Assembly: GCA_963727445.1 (NCBI GenBank)
Contig: CAVSGI010000015.1
Coordinates: forward strand, 160,001 to 224,000
Source of the DNA: an uncultured delta proteobacterium
GTDB taxonomy: Bacteria > Myxococcota_A > Polyangia > Polyangiales > B10-G4
DNA: 64,000 nucleotides
Reading direction: 5' to 3'
Under the pieces are notes generated by a model. The model had not been told where the DNA came from. It did no database searches and saw nothing but the letters and a program-made list of their open reading frames with translations. The translations under genes and the position numbers were made by a program. How positions within the stretch are numbered: position 1 is the stretch's first letter; each line of letters opens with the position of its first letter. Below are positions 1 to 8,879 of the stretch, piece after piece.

Positions 1-1271
1 TGTTGCTGCTGGCGCTCGGCCACGTAGAGGCCGAGGAGGGTGAGCACGCCGATGACGAGGGCGATGATCGCGCCGGTGCGCCAGTCGATGGGCTCGTCCT
101 TCTCGGCGGCCGTCGGGGGCGCGGGCTCGGGGTCTCCGCTCTTGCTCGCGCGCGAGGCGTCACGAATCGCGCGCGTAGTGCGTGGCGCGGCGAGGTCGAG
201 CTCGTCGATGGCGTCCACCAGGTCGTCGGCCGACTCGAAGCGCGCGTCCGGGTCCTTCTGCATGAGCCGCTCGAGGATCGCGAGCAGACCGTCGGGCACG
301 TCGTCGCGATCGATCGGCGCCGGGTCGAGCGTGGCGTGCGCCATCAGCTTCTTGAGCATGAGGCGGTCGGCGAAGGGCGCGCGACCGGTGAGCATGTAGT
401 AGAGGGTGCAACCGAGACCGTAGAGATCGCTGCGCGCGTCGGCGGCGCTCGGATCGCCCGCCTGCTCGGGCGAGACGTAGTCGAGGGAGCCGACGAGCTC
501 GTCGATGAAGCTCTTGCGCCCGTCGCCGTCGTCGTCGCGGATGGCGAGACGGGCCAGCCCGAGGTCGACGATGCGCAAGACGCCCTCGTCGTCGACGAGG
601 AGGTTCGAGGGCTTGACGTCGCGATGCACGAGGCCGGCGTGATGGGCATGAGCGAGGCCTTCGGCGGCCTGGCGCAGATAATCGGCGGCTTCGGTGGCGC
701 TGAGCGGGCCCTCGCTGCGCACCAGGCGCGCGAGATCGCTACCCGCAACGTGCTCCATCACCAGGTAGAGCCGCCCGTCGTGCTCCGAGGCGTGCATCGC
801 CGTGACCACGTTTCGGTGTGGGCGAAGCGACGCCTGGGCCTTCACCTCGTCGCGAAAGCGGCGCACGGCGGCCGGGTCGTCGGCGAGGAGGGGCCTGAGG
901 ACCTTGATGGCCACCGTCTTTTCGAGGTGGCGGTGATGCGCGCGGTAGACCTCGCCCATCCCGCCGTAGCCGAGGAGCTCTTCGATGACGTGATCGCCCA
1001 GCTGCTCGCCGGGCGCCAGGAAGCGGCGACCCGCCGGCACCTCGGGCTCGCTCTCGCCGGCCGGCTCCGCGGCGTCCATCGCGACGCTCGCCGCCGTCTG
1101 ATGAAGCGAAGCGACCAGCTCGAGCTCCTCGCGGAGAGCGTCGCCCAGATCGGGATGGCGCTTCATCCAGGTCTCCACGTCGACCGGCTCGCCGGCGAGG
1201 AGCGCTTCGACGAAGCCGTCGAGGGCTTCGAAGATCCGCGGATCGGTCTCGGGTTCTTCGGTCTCGCTCAC
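1..1271 (-). CDS. Membrane-anchored Hanks-type Ser/Thr protein kinase (3' end runs off the window)
   Basis: Manual translation from GTG at 1271, which overlaps the sigma stop (GTGA). Motifs: LGYGGMGEVY, VAIKVL, HRDVKPSNLL, DLGLA, GSLDYVSPEQ, SDLYGLG. A hydrophobic TM segment (GAIIALVIGVLTLLGLYV) lies near the window start. Not in the ORF track. Confidence 0.93.
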   Translation of the reverse strand, partial: MSETEEPETDPRIFEALDGFVEALLAGEPVDVETWMKRHPDLGDALREELELVASLHQTAASVAMDAAEPAGESEPEVPAGRRFLAPGEQLGDHVIEELLGYGGMGEVYRAHHRHLEKTVAIKVLRPLLADDPAAVRRFRDEVKAQASLRPHRNVVTAMHASEHDGRLYLVMEHVAGSDLARLVRSEGPLSATEAADYLRQAAEGLAHAHHAGLVHRDVKPSNLLVDDEGVLRIVDLGLARLAIRDDDGDGRKSFIDELVGSLDYVSPEQAGDPSAADARSDLYGLGCTLYYMLTGRAPFADRLMLKKLMAHATLDPAPIDRDDVPDGLLAILERLMQKDPDARFESADDLVDAIDELDLAAPRTTRAIRDASRASKSGDPEPAPPTAAEKDEPIDWRTGAIIALVIGVLTLLGLYVAERQQQ

Positions 1272-1885
1272 TCCATCGTCTCCCGAAGCTTCTTGAGGGC
1301 GCGCACCCAGATCTGTCGCACCGCCGCTTCGCTCTTGCCGAGACGCGCCGCGATCTCCGCGTGGCCGAGCCCTTCGAAGTGGCGCATCTCGAGGACGCGC
1401 TGCTGCTCGGCGGGCAGGCGCGACAGGCCTTCGAGCATGCGCGACGCCTCCTCGCGCAGGGCGATCTGCCGGCTCGCGGTCGGCGCCCTTCCGACGAGAC
1501 GGGGCGCGGCTTTTTCCTCCTCGTCCTTCGCGTGGATGGCGCGGCTGCCCGCGACGGCGTCCTCCTTGGCGACGTGGCGGCGATCCTGATGCCAATAGCG
1601 GAGCAGGTTCCGCGCCTCGTTGCGGACGATCACCACCAGCCACTTCTGCCACTCGCCGCGGGTGGTGCCGCGGAACTGATCGAAGCGCTCGACGCCGGCG
1701 AGCATCCCCTGCTGCACGACGTCGGAGACGTCCACCTTGCCGGCGAGGCGATCGCGGAGGATCCCGGCCGCCACCGCGCGGAGGTAGGGGCGCACGTCGT
1801 CGGAGGCCCGCCACAGGGCGGAGACGTCCCCCGCGCGCGCCTCCTCGAGCGCCGAGCTCAGGTTCTTCTCGCTGTCCCCGCCCAC
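1268..1885 (-). CDS. ECF sigma-70 factor, kinase-associated (Planctomycete-like) type
   Basis: Sigma2 region (RPYLRAVA...KVDVSDVVQQ...FDQFRG...WL..IVRN) and sigma4 HTH (LSRLPAEQQRVLEMRHFEGLGHAEIAARLGKSEAAVR). Confidence 0.92.
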   Translation of the reverse strand: MGGDSEKNLSSALEEARAGDVSALWRASDDVRPYLRAVAAGILRDRLAGKVDVSDVVQQGMLAGVERFDQFRGTTRGEWQKWLVVIVRNEARNLLRYWHQDRRHVAKEDAVAGSRAIHAKDEEEKAAPRLVGRAPTASRQIALREEASRMLEGLSRLPAEQQRVLEMRHFEGLGHAEIAARLGKSEAAVRQIWVRALKKLRETME

Positions 1886-2032
1886 GACAAGAGCAGGATA
1901 TCCCAGCGGTTTTCAGCCTTCTTCAAAAAAGCTCGGGGCGGCTGTCACAGATCCGACGGGACGGTTTCCAGGTGCTCACGGGCGGAGACGCCCCGACGAA
2001 AGCCGCCCGAAACGAATCACCTGGAGACAGCC

Positions 2033-3235
2033 ATGAACACCACCCTCGCCAAGCTCGCCATCCTCTTCGCCCTCGTCTTCGGCGTCCTCGCGCCCACCGT
2101 CGCGAGCGCCGATTACCACGGCCACACCTACGCGGTGCTCGTGGGCATCTCGGACTACGACGGCGCGCCCCTGCCCCGCACGGACGAGGACGCGGCGCGC
2201 ATCGCCCGCGCCCTCGAGGCGAACATCCCGGCAGACCGCCTCGAGATGCACCTCCTCCTCAACCACGACGCCACCCGGGCCAACGTCGCGCAGGCCTTCA
2301 GCGACATCTCCACCCGAGTGACGCGCAACGACCACGTGGTCTTCTTCTTCTCGGGTCACGGCACGCCGATCGAGGACGCGGGGGTCCGCGACGAGGCGGA
2401 CGGCAAGGACGAGGCGATCGTCCTCATCGACGGAACGATGAGCGACGACGAGCTCGCCGCCGCCCTCGACAACACCAAGGGCGCGACAGCGATGGTCGCC
2501 CTCGACAGCTGCTTCAGCGGCGGCTTCCTCTTCGACGTGACCAACGCGAAGGGCCGCATGGGCTTCTTCAGCTCGGACGAGGACGTGACCAGCGGCGTGC
2601 CCACAGACGCGGGCGGCTACCTCTCGAAGGCGCTCGCCGAGGCCCTCGAGGGTCAGGCCGACGGCGTCGCCGACGGCGTGAGCGGTCAGGGCCGCGACGG
2701 CAAGCTCAGCGCGCTCGAGCTCGAGATGTACGTCCGCAACCACGGCACCCCCGGCGTCGAGGCGAGCGACGACCACGGCCGCACCGTCGGCTACCAGTTC
2801 ATCGACATCAAGCGCAGCGACGTGAGCCCCGACTACGTCTTCATCGCCCTTCAGACCGGCGCGACCCCGGACGCCCCCGTCGCTCCCGAAGAGAACGTTG
2901 TCGCGACCCTCGAAGCGCAGACCCTCCCCGGCACCGTCGACTTCGCCCAGACCCCGAACTTCGGTGACTTCCAGCTCGAGGCCGGCCACACCTACGTCAT
3001 CGAGACCTACGCCCTCGAAGGCGCCACCGACACCGTCCTCGAGCTCCGCCAATCCAGCGACCCGCGTCAGGCCGTGGAGAGCGACGCGGTCGTCGCCGAG
3101 AACGACGACACCGACGGCCTCGCTTCGCGCGTCGAGATCACCCCGAACGAGAGCGGCGCCTACTACGCCCACATCCGCCCCTACAGCGCCGAGACTGGCG
3201 GCACCTTCTCGGTCCGCCTCATCGAGGTGCGCTGA
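2033..3235 (+). CDS. Secreted caspase-family (peptidase C14) protein with a C-terminal PPC-like beta domain
   Basis: GGAG RBS then ATG at 2033. Signal peptide MNTTLAKLAILFALVFGVLAPTVASA. Motifs YAVLVGISDY, FFFSGHG (catalytic His) and LDSCFSGG (catalytic Cys). C-terminal DTVLEL...ENDD...SRVEITP..SGAYY pattern. Confidence 0.88.
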   Translation: MNTTLAKLAILFALVFGVLAPTVASADYHGHTYAVLVGISDYDGAPLPRTDEDAARIARALEANIPADRLEMHLLLNHDATRANVAQAFSDISTRVTRNDHVVFFFSGHGTPIEDAGVRDEADGKDEAIVLIDGTMSDDELAAALDNTKGATAMVALDSCFSGGFLFDVTNAKGRMGFFSSDEDVTSGVPTDAGGYLSKALAEALEGQADGVADGVSGQGRDGKLSALELEMYVRNHGTPGVEASDDHGRTVGYQFIDIKRSDVSPDYVFIALQTGATPDAPVAPEENVVATLEAQTLPGTVDFAQTPNFGDFQLEAGHTYVIETYALEGATDTVLELRQSSDPRQAVESDAVVAENDDTDGLASRVEITPNESGAYYAHIRPYSAETGGTFSVRLIEVR

Positions 3236-3322
3236 ACGACGAACACGCTTCGCGCGAGCGGCCCGGTCGACTTCATGTCGGCCGGGCCGTTTGGCGTGCA
3301 ACCTTCGTCGGCACACGGGAGC

Positions 3323-3961
3323 TCACCGGCGAGGGTGGCCGTGGCCGCGTCCCCGTCCCGGATGACCGTGGCCGTGTCCGCCTCCGTGGCCCCGCGGATG
3401 GGCCCGAGGCCGATCGTCGTCATCGTCACGGCGCCTGCCGCGATGTCGACCCTGGTCTTCGTTTCCCTGCACGCGGACGTGGCCCGGAGGCCCCGCCGGG
3501 TTCCCCCGAGCGCGCACGCCCACGGTGCGACGGGGCTGCCGGGCTTCGACCCGTCCGTGCCTGGCCGGCCCGCCTCGGACGTGCACCACCCCTCGGTGAC
3601 CGCGTGGGTGGACGACCCGGCGCCGTGCGTTCCGGCGTGCGTGGAAGCCGACGTATCTTCGCGGTCGGTCGATGCGACGGATGGTGGCCGGGACCACGCT
3701 GAGCTGCACCTGCGTCCAGGAGCCGCGATAGACGGGCGAGCGGTACCAGACGCCGCCCGCGTACCGCCAGTAGTAGTCGTGGGCGTAGAACACGGGGACC
3801 GGCTGGTCCTCGACCACCCACACCCCGGGCCCGATGGCCACCAAGGCGGGGGAGCGTACCGTGGCCGTGCCGTAGACGTGGCCCACGCAACCCGCCGCGC
3901 AGGCGAGGATGGCGCTGAGCAGCCACGCTCGAATGAAACCCGGTCCGCGGGTCGCGCGCAT
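3323..3961 (-). CDS. Hypothetical lipoprotein with an Arg/His/Gly-rich tail
   Basis: ATG at 3961, lipobox-like LACAAGC, aromatic beta-rich segment VFYAHDYYWRY..GVWYRS, low-complexity C-terminus. Confidence 0.65.
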   Translation of the reverse strand: MRATRGPGFIRAWLLSAILACAAGCVGHVYGTATVRSPALVAIGPGVWVVEDQPVPVFYAHDYYWRYAGGVWYRSPVYRGSWTQVQLSVVPATIRRIDRPRRYVGFHARRNARRRVVHPRGHRGVVHVRGGPARHGRVEARQPRRTVGVRARGNPAGPPGHVRVQGNEDQGRHRGRRRDDDDDRPRAHPRGHGGGHGHGHPGRGRGHGHPRR

Positions 3962-3963
3962 CG

Positions 3964-4140
3964 TCACCTCGTCGACGACGTCAGGTGACCGATCACGCTC
4001 ACCGCCGCGAGAACCAGGAATCCGACGAAGAGCACCTTGCCGATCCACGCCGCGCCGCCTGCGATTCCGCCGAAGCCGAAGAACGCAGCGAAGAGAGCCA
4101 ACACGAAGAACCCCAGAGCCCATCCCAATACCTTGGTCAT
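3964..4140 (-). CDS. DUF1328 (UPF0391/YtjA-like) small membrane protein
   Basis: MTKVLGWALGFFVLALFAAFFGFGGIAGGAAWIGKVLFVGFLVL matches the family pattern; AGGAG RBS upstream. Confidence 0.88.
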   Translation of the reverse strand: MTKVLGWALGFFVLALFAAFFGFGGIAGGAAWIGKVLFVGFLVLAAVSVIGHLTSSTR

Positions 4141-4166
4141 CACATCTCCTTTCGGTCGGAGCGGGT

Positions 4167-4182
4167 TGCGAAGCTCGTGCCA
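4167..4182 (-). promoter_or_regulatory. Putative sigma54 (-24/-12) promoter for the DUF1328 gene
   Basis: Minus strand reads TGGCACGAGCTTCGCA (GG-N10-GC), about 27 nt upstream of the ATG. Confidence 0.6.
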
Positions 4183-4301
4183 GCCGAACGCTCGCAAATC
4201 GGTCTCGGCGCCGAGACAATCCGCCACGATCGAGGCGGGTTTGTTCCGATCTTCTTGTCGCGCTTGCAGCGGGACTAGGGGCCGCATCGAAGGAGGCCCA
4301 C

Positions 4302-4928
4302 ATGCCCAAAGGATTCACTGTCATCGTCATCGCCGCGTTGGTCAGCTGCGCGGGTTGCCAGAACGAGCAGGAAGAGCACGCGCGAGAACGAGCGACGTTC
4401 ACCGTCGGGAGCCAGCCCCAGACGGAGGACACACCCACCGAAACGATCGATCCGGGCGGCGCGCATCCCCAGGACGTGGGCCACGCAGTCGCCGTGATGA
4501 GACCGACCGAGGGCAACACGGCTTCAGGCACCATCACCTTCCGGCAGACCGACCAGGGGGTCGAGGTGAAGGCGGACATCGAGGGGCTGCCGGAGGGTGT
4601 CCACGCCTATCACGTGCACCTGCTCGGCGACTGCAGCGCGCCGGATGGTACGAGCGCGGGCACGCACTTCAACTTCGAAGGCAGCTCGGAGCATCCACCG
4701 GCGGACATCCAGCGCATCACCGGCAACCTCGGCCAGCTCGAGGCGGACGCGAACGGCCGCGCCCAGGCCGAGGCGACGATCCCACACGCATCACTCACGG
4801 GCCGATACTCGATCATCGGCCGCTCCGTGATCATCCACTCGCGCGGCAACGATCCCTCGTCGCCACCGATCGGTAATGCGGGGAGCCGCCTCGCCTGCGG
4901 CGTGATCGGGATGAGCGAAGCCTCCTGA
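4302..4928 (+). CDS. sodC: Cu/Zn superoxide dismutase family lipoprotein (Zn site appears degenerate)
   Basis: AGGAGG RBS and lipobox-like SCAGC. Motifs HAYHVH, SAGTHFN, SIIGRSVIIH, GNAGSRLACGVI. Confidence 0.9.
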   Translation: MPKGFTVIVIAALVSCAGCQNEQEEHARERATFTVGSQPQTEDTPTETIDPGGAHPQDVGHAVAVMRPTEGNTASGTITFRQTDQGVEVKADIEGLPEGVHAYHVHLLGDCSAPDGTSAGTHFNFEGSSEHPPADIQRITGNLGQLEADANGRAQAEATIPHASLTGRYSIIGRSVIIHSRGNDPSSPPIGNAGSRLACGVIGMSEAS

Positions 4929-5023
4929 GCGTCTCGATCGAGGAGACCAAAGAAGCGGTAAGAAGAGACGCGTCGTAGCGAAATGCCCCGATCTCGACCG
5001 TCCTCGCGGTTGCACGGCTCGAA

Positions 5024-5039
5024 GGAACACGAGTTGCAA
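5024..5039 (+). promoter_or_regulatory. Putative sigma54 promoter
   Basis: GGAACACGAGTTGCAA (GG-N10-GC with TTGC), about 25 nt upstream of ORF 5063. Confidence 0.5.
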
Positions 5040-5062
5040 TCTTCGAGAGCCCGAGGTGAACG

Positions 5063-5500
5063 ATGAAGGAACGAGACGATCGCGACACGACGACTTCGAC
5101 ATCCGAGGACCCCGACGACCCGCTCGCCAGAGCGCGCCGGATCGGACTCGCCGAGGAGCTGCGCGCTCTCGAGGATCGCAGCGCTCTGGAGATCGACGTC
5201 GCACCCCGTGGCGGGCCCCCGAGGCGCAAGGACCTCGTGGTGCTCCCCGACAGGCTCGGACGCCGATATCTCGAGGACGCGACACAGCAGCCCGAGGAGA
5301 TCGAGGAGCTCGATGAAACCGAGCGCGAGGGGACGGGCGACCTTCCACTCGCGACGCTCGGAGAGCGCTACATGCGCGGGCAGTCACCGGAGGCGAGCGA
5401 CGCAGCCGATCGTCTGGTGACGCGGATGCCCGACCGGTCCGAGCACGAAGCCCGCATCTCCAGGCTCGCCCGCGCTACGCACGGGAAGAAGAGCGATTGA
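5063..5500 (+). CDS. Hypothetical acidic protein
   Basis: ORF with a GAGGTG RBS and GC3-rich codons; no recognisable motif. Confidence 0.55.
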   Translation: MKERDDRDTTTSTSEDPDDPLARARRIGLAEELRALEDRSALEIDVAPRGGPPRRKDLVVLPDRLGRRYLEDATQQPEEIEELDETEREGTGDLPLATLGERYMRGQSPEASDAADRLVTRMPDRSEHEARISRLARATHGKKSD

Positions 5501-5581
5501 TCGAGACGATCGAGCGCCGAACGGACGCGGCGTGACAGCGAACCATCGGCCGGCCGGCGCGAGGTCGAGTACGATACCGTC

Positions 5582-6403
5582 GTGTCCGTCGATCTCCGCG
5601 AGCTCGTCCCCGCCTTCGTGATCAGCCGTGCGTCAGGGGCCGAGTGGCGCAGCGGGCGAGCCGGAATGCTCTATCGCGATTTGATCCCCGGCCGACAGGG
5701 TGGGCGCTTCATCGCGTCCCAGATCCGGATCCCCGACGGCGGGGACGTGGGGGACTGGGTTCATTTTCACCGCGTTCGCTTCCAGATCATCTTCTGCCAT
5801 CGCGGCTGGGTCCGGGTCGCGTACGAGGATCAGGGACCACCGGTGGTTCTGCGCGCGGGGGACTGCGTGGTGCAGCCCCCGACGATCCGCCACCGCGTGC
5901 TCGAGTGTTCGGACGAGCTGTCCGTTGTCGAGGTGGCGTCCCCGGCTGCGCACGAGACGTGCGCGGACGACCAGCTCACGCTCGAGGCCGACGCCTATCG
6001 ACCACAGCGGACGTTCGAAGGGCAGCGCTTCGTCTTCCATCAGGCGGAGGGTGCCGCGTGGCGCGCTCATCGTCTCGCGGGCTTCGAGGCGCGCGACACG
6101 TCGATCGGTGAGGCGACCGGTGGGGTGGGCGCGGTCGTCGTGGTACGCCCGAGTGAAGCGATCCGCCCGACCGTGTTCAGCCACGACGCAGAACTCCTGT
6201 TCTGGTTCGTGCTCGAAGGGAGGACGACGCTCCACGCGAGAGGCCAGGGCGCCCAGGCACTCGGCCCGGGCGACGCAGTGTGTGTGCCCGCGGGACTCCA
6301 GCACGCGCTGAGCGAGTGCTCGGAGGTGCTGCGCCTCCTCGAGGTGTCGGTGCCAGCAGCCTTCACGACGTGCACGCATCCCGAAGCGGAGGTGCCGGCA
6401 TGA
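5582..6403 (+). CDS. Bicupin (cupin domain) protein
   Basis: Two cupin motif sets: WVHFH..RFQIIFC..GW / GDCVVQPPTIRH, and HDAELLFWFVLEG / GDAVCVPAGLQH. Confidence 0.85.
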   Translation: MSVDLRELVPAFVISRASGAEWRSGRAGMLYRDLIPGRQGGRFIASQIRIPDGGDVGDWVHFHRVRFQIIFCHRGWVRVAYEDQGPPVVLRAGDCVVQPPTIRHRVLECSDELSVVEVASPAAHETCADDQLTLEADAYRPQRTFEGQRFVFHQAEGAAWRAHRLAGFEARDTSIGEATGGVGAVVVVRPSEAIRPTVFSHDAELLFWFVLEGRTTLHARGQGAQALGPGDAVCVPAGLQHALSECSEVLRLLEVSVPAAFTTCTHPEAEVPA

Positions 6404-7110
6404 TCCGCTGGGCGTTCCTCCTCCTCGAAGAGCACCCCTACGGCCGCGAGATGCTCCAGGCGCTCCTCGACGCGGGGTTCGTCCCGGATCTCGTCATCGA
6501 GGAGCGCTCGAAGATCGCCGAGATCGAACGCGACAAGTTCCTGGTGCGGATGGACGGCTTCCCGATCGCGCCGACGATCAGCGAGCAGCTGACAAAGCGC
6601 ACGGTGCGCAGGGAGATCGTGACGAGTCACAACGATGGCCGCTGCTCACAGCTCCTCTTCGCCCTCGCGCCCGACGTGATCGTCCTGGGCGGAACGCGCA
6701 TCTTGAAACCGGAGGTCTTCGAGACCGCCACTCGCGGCGCGCTCAACTCACACCCGGGTCTGTTGCCCGAGGTGCGGGGCTCGGCGTCGGTGGCGTGGGC
6801 GATCCACCGGGACGAGCCCGTCGGCTGCACCTGTCACTTCATCGAGGCCGGCATCGACACCGGTCCCATCGTAGGCCGCCGCGCGATCGAAGTGCACCGC
6901 GGCGACACCTACGAGAAGCTCTGCCACGCCACCACCGTCCTCTCCGCTCGACTGATGCGCGAAGCGATGGAGGCGCTCCGTGACGGGACCCTGACCTCCG
7001 AGCCCCAAGGCGAAGGCCCACCCGCGCACAAGAACATGCCCGACGAGATGGTCGAAGCCGTGAAACGCAAGCTCAGGGCCGGCGCCTATGCGCGCTTCGT
7101 CGACGAGTAG
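6400..7110 (+). CDS. Formyltransferase family protein (Formyl_trans_N only)
   Basis: ATGA overlap with the cupin gene. Motifs ALNSHPGLLPEVRG and GIDTGPI. Lacks the Fmt C-terminal domain. Confidence 0.85.
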   Translation: MIRWAFLLLEEHPYGREMLQALLDAGFVPDLVIEERSKIAEIERDKFLVRMDGFPIAPTISEQLTKRTVRREIVTSHNDGRCSQLLFALAPDVIVLGGTRILKPEVFETATRGALNSHPGLLPEVRGSASVAWAIHRDEPVGCTCHFIEAGIDTGPIVGRRAIEVHRGDTYEKLCHATTVLSARLMREAMEALRDGTLTSEPQGEGPPAHKNMPDEMVEAVKRKLRAGAYARFVDE

Positions 7111-7968
7111 GGCGGCGCTGGGAAGAAGCCGGGCGCTCGAACGCCGGCCCTTTTCGTGATCCCACGCCGTGTACTGCTTCATCTTGGCGTCGACGGCCGA
7201 CGCGACGTCCTTGGTGAAGCCGGGGTAGATGTCGAGGCCGGCCTGGTAGTACGCGGTCCAGTACTCGTGGGCTGCCTCGTGGTAGAGCCTCTCGTCGTGG
7301 GCGGTGGGGTAGTGCTTGGCGTAGAGCTCCTCCTTGGCCTTTCGCTCCGCCAACCAGAGGTTCCACGCCTGCTCGTGTGCCAGGGCATGAACGCCGTTGC
7401 CGAGGTAGAAGGAGGCCGCCGCCATGCCGGGAGTCACCTCGTTCACGGCACCGCAGCTCGCGCACTTCTGCTGTGTCGACGTGGCGAGGGTCTCGACGCG
7501 GATCTTGGCGCCGCACTCCGAGCAGGGGACGCCGCGGGCGATCTCCTCGTCGGCGATCGAACGGAGCCGCCGCGCCCAGTCCGCGCTCTTCTGCATCTCG
7601 ATGGTGTAGTGCGACAGCTCGATGTGATCTTGCATCTGCCGGTACTTCTCCGACGACGCCTCGGGGGCGCTCGAGATCAGCGCCCATTCCTCGGGGGTCA
7701 GGCGGTCGAGCTCGGTGACCTCATGGAGCTCTTCGCGGATCTTCTCGAAGGCGTCGGTCACCTTGGTGCCGAGCCCGTGAAACCGCGATTGAATCGCGCT
7801 GAACGCCGCGCCCATCGGCCCATAGTCCTGCGCGTGCTGTTCCATCAGCTGATCGATCCCCGCGTCGGCTTCCGCCAGCACTTCGTCGATTCGGGCGTTC
7901 ACCTTTGCCAGGAAGCCGTCCCACTTCTCGATGACCTCGTTCACCTTGCTTTGGACTTCCGGGCGCAT
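7086..7968 (-). CDS. Hypothetical helical protein with a zinc ribbon (3' end uncertain)
   Basis: GGAG RBS and ATG at 7968 (MRPEVQSKVNEV). CSECG...CASCG motif. The frame runs into the convergent gene; removing one G near 7148 gives a stop at 7086. Confidence 0.65.
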
Positions 7969-8000
7969 CGCTCTCCTCCTCGCGGGCGGGTCTCTCCTTT

Positions 8001-8837
8001 TCAGGGTGCGGCGTTGGTCGAGCACACCGCCGGAAAGAACACGCTCCGGCAGTCGCCTTCGTAGCGCGTCTCGCGGTCGGTGGCTTCGCTGGGCCAGGTG
8101 ACGCGGACCTCGGTGGCGCGCTCGACGTTGGCGATGGTGTTGTCGCGGTGGGGGGTGTCGGGGGGCACGATCCGCTTTTCGACGATGCCGCTCGGGAAGT
8201 CCGCGTCTCCCTCGTAGCGATAGAAGATCAAGAGCACCGCTTCGCCGGCGAGGCTCAGCTCGTAGGTCGCGGGGCGGCCCTGTCCGTCGTAGCTGCACTC
8301 GTCGCTCTCGGCGCGCGCTTCGAAGCCTTCGGCGCGATCCTCCGGCGTCGGCAGCCACTCGTGGTCGCAGCGCACCGGACGCTGCGCGTCGTCGTAAAAC
8401 CAGGTGACGCGCTCGAGGAGCGCGCCGTCCTCGGAATGCTCGCCCACGATCTGACCGTCCGCGCGCGTGCCCTGGTAGCGCATCTCGAAGGGCGGCCGTG
8501 GCTCCTGCCCCTCGGCGAGCTTCTCCACGCGCACGCGGCGCGGGTCGTCGTCCCATTGGTAGCGCGTGGTGAAGGTGCGGTTCGAGACCGTGTCGGTCGC
8601 TACCACCTCGCTGAGCACGCCGTGGTCGAAGGTGTATTCGGAGACGCGGCCACCGTCCGCTTCCTCGACCACCACCCGGCAGGTGGAGCGCGCCGGTGCG
8701 GCGGGGGCGCTGCTGCCGCTGGTCGCCCCGGTCGCCCCCGTCGAGGGATGCTCCGTCGTCTCACCGCCCGACGCGCTCTCCCCGCCGCCGCACGCGGTGA
8801 CGAAAGCGACGAAGAAGAAGGTCGGCCGGACGCGCAT
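8001..8837 (-). CDS. Hypothetical lipoprotein with YD-like beta repeats
   Basis: Lipobox VTACGG; repeated Y-D-x-x-G/Q-R-P segments. Confidence 0.7.
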   Translation of the reverse strand: MRVRPTFFFVAFVTACGGGESASGGETTEHPSTGATGATSGSSAPAAPARSTCRVVVEEADGGRVSEYTFDHGVLSEVVATDTVSNRTFTTRYQWDDDPRRVRVEKLAEGQEPRPPFEMRYQGTRADGQIVGEHSEDGALLERVTWFYDDAQRPVRCDHEWLPTPEDRAEGFEARAESDECSYDGQGRPATYELSLAGEAVLLIFYRYEGDADFPSGIVEKRIVPPDTPHRDNTIANVERATEVRVTWPSEATDRETRYEGDCRSVFFPAVCSTNAAP

Positions 8838-8879
8838 GGCCGGGACTCTATCGCAAGTTTCGCGAAGCGTCTGGGGCTC

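Noticed and set aside
3..1589. 528-aa plus-strand ORF
   Set aside because: Antisense shadow of the kinase and sigma genes, which carry the real motifs on the minus strand.
1943..1950. TGTCACAG as a shared ECF -35 element (also at 63981-63988 on the minus strand)
   Set aside because: An 8-mer with no shared -10 element, and it also occurs inside a coding region (about 33990). Too weak to call.
6748..8556. 602-aa ORF as a single gene
   Set aside because: Only the part from ATG 7968 looks protein-like. The upstream part overlaps the 8001..8837 lipoprotein, and the tail overlaps the convergent formyltransferase, probably through a 1-nt error.
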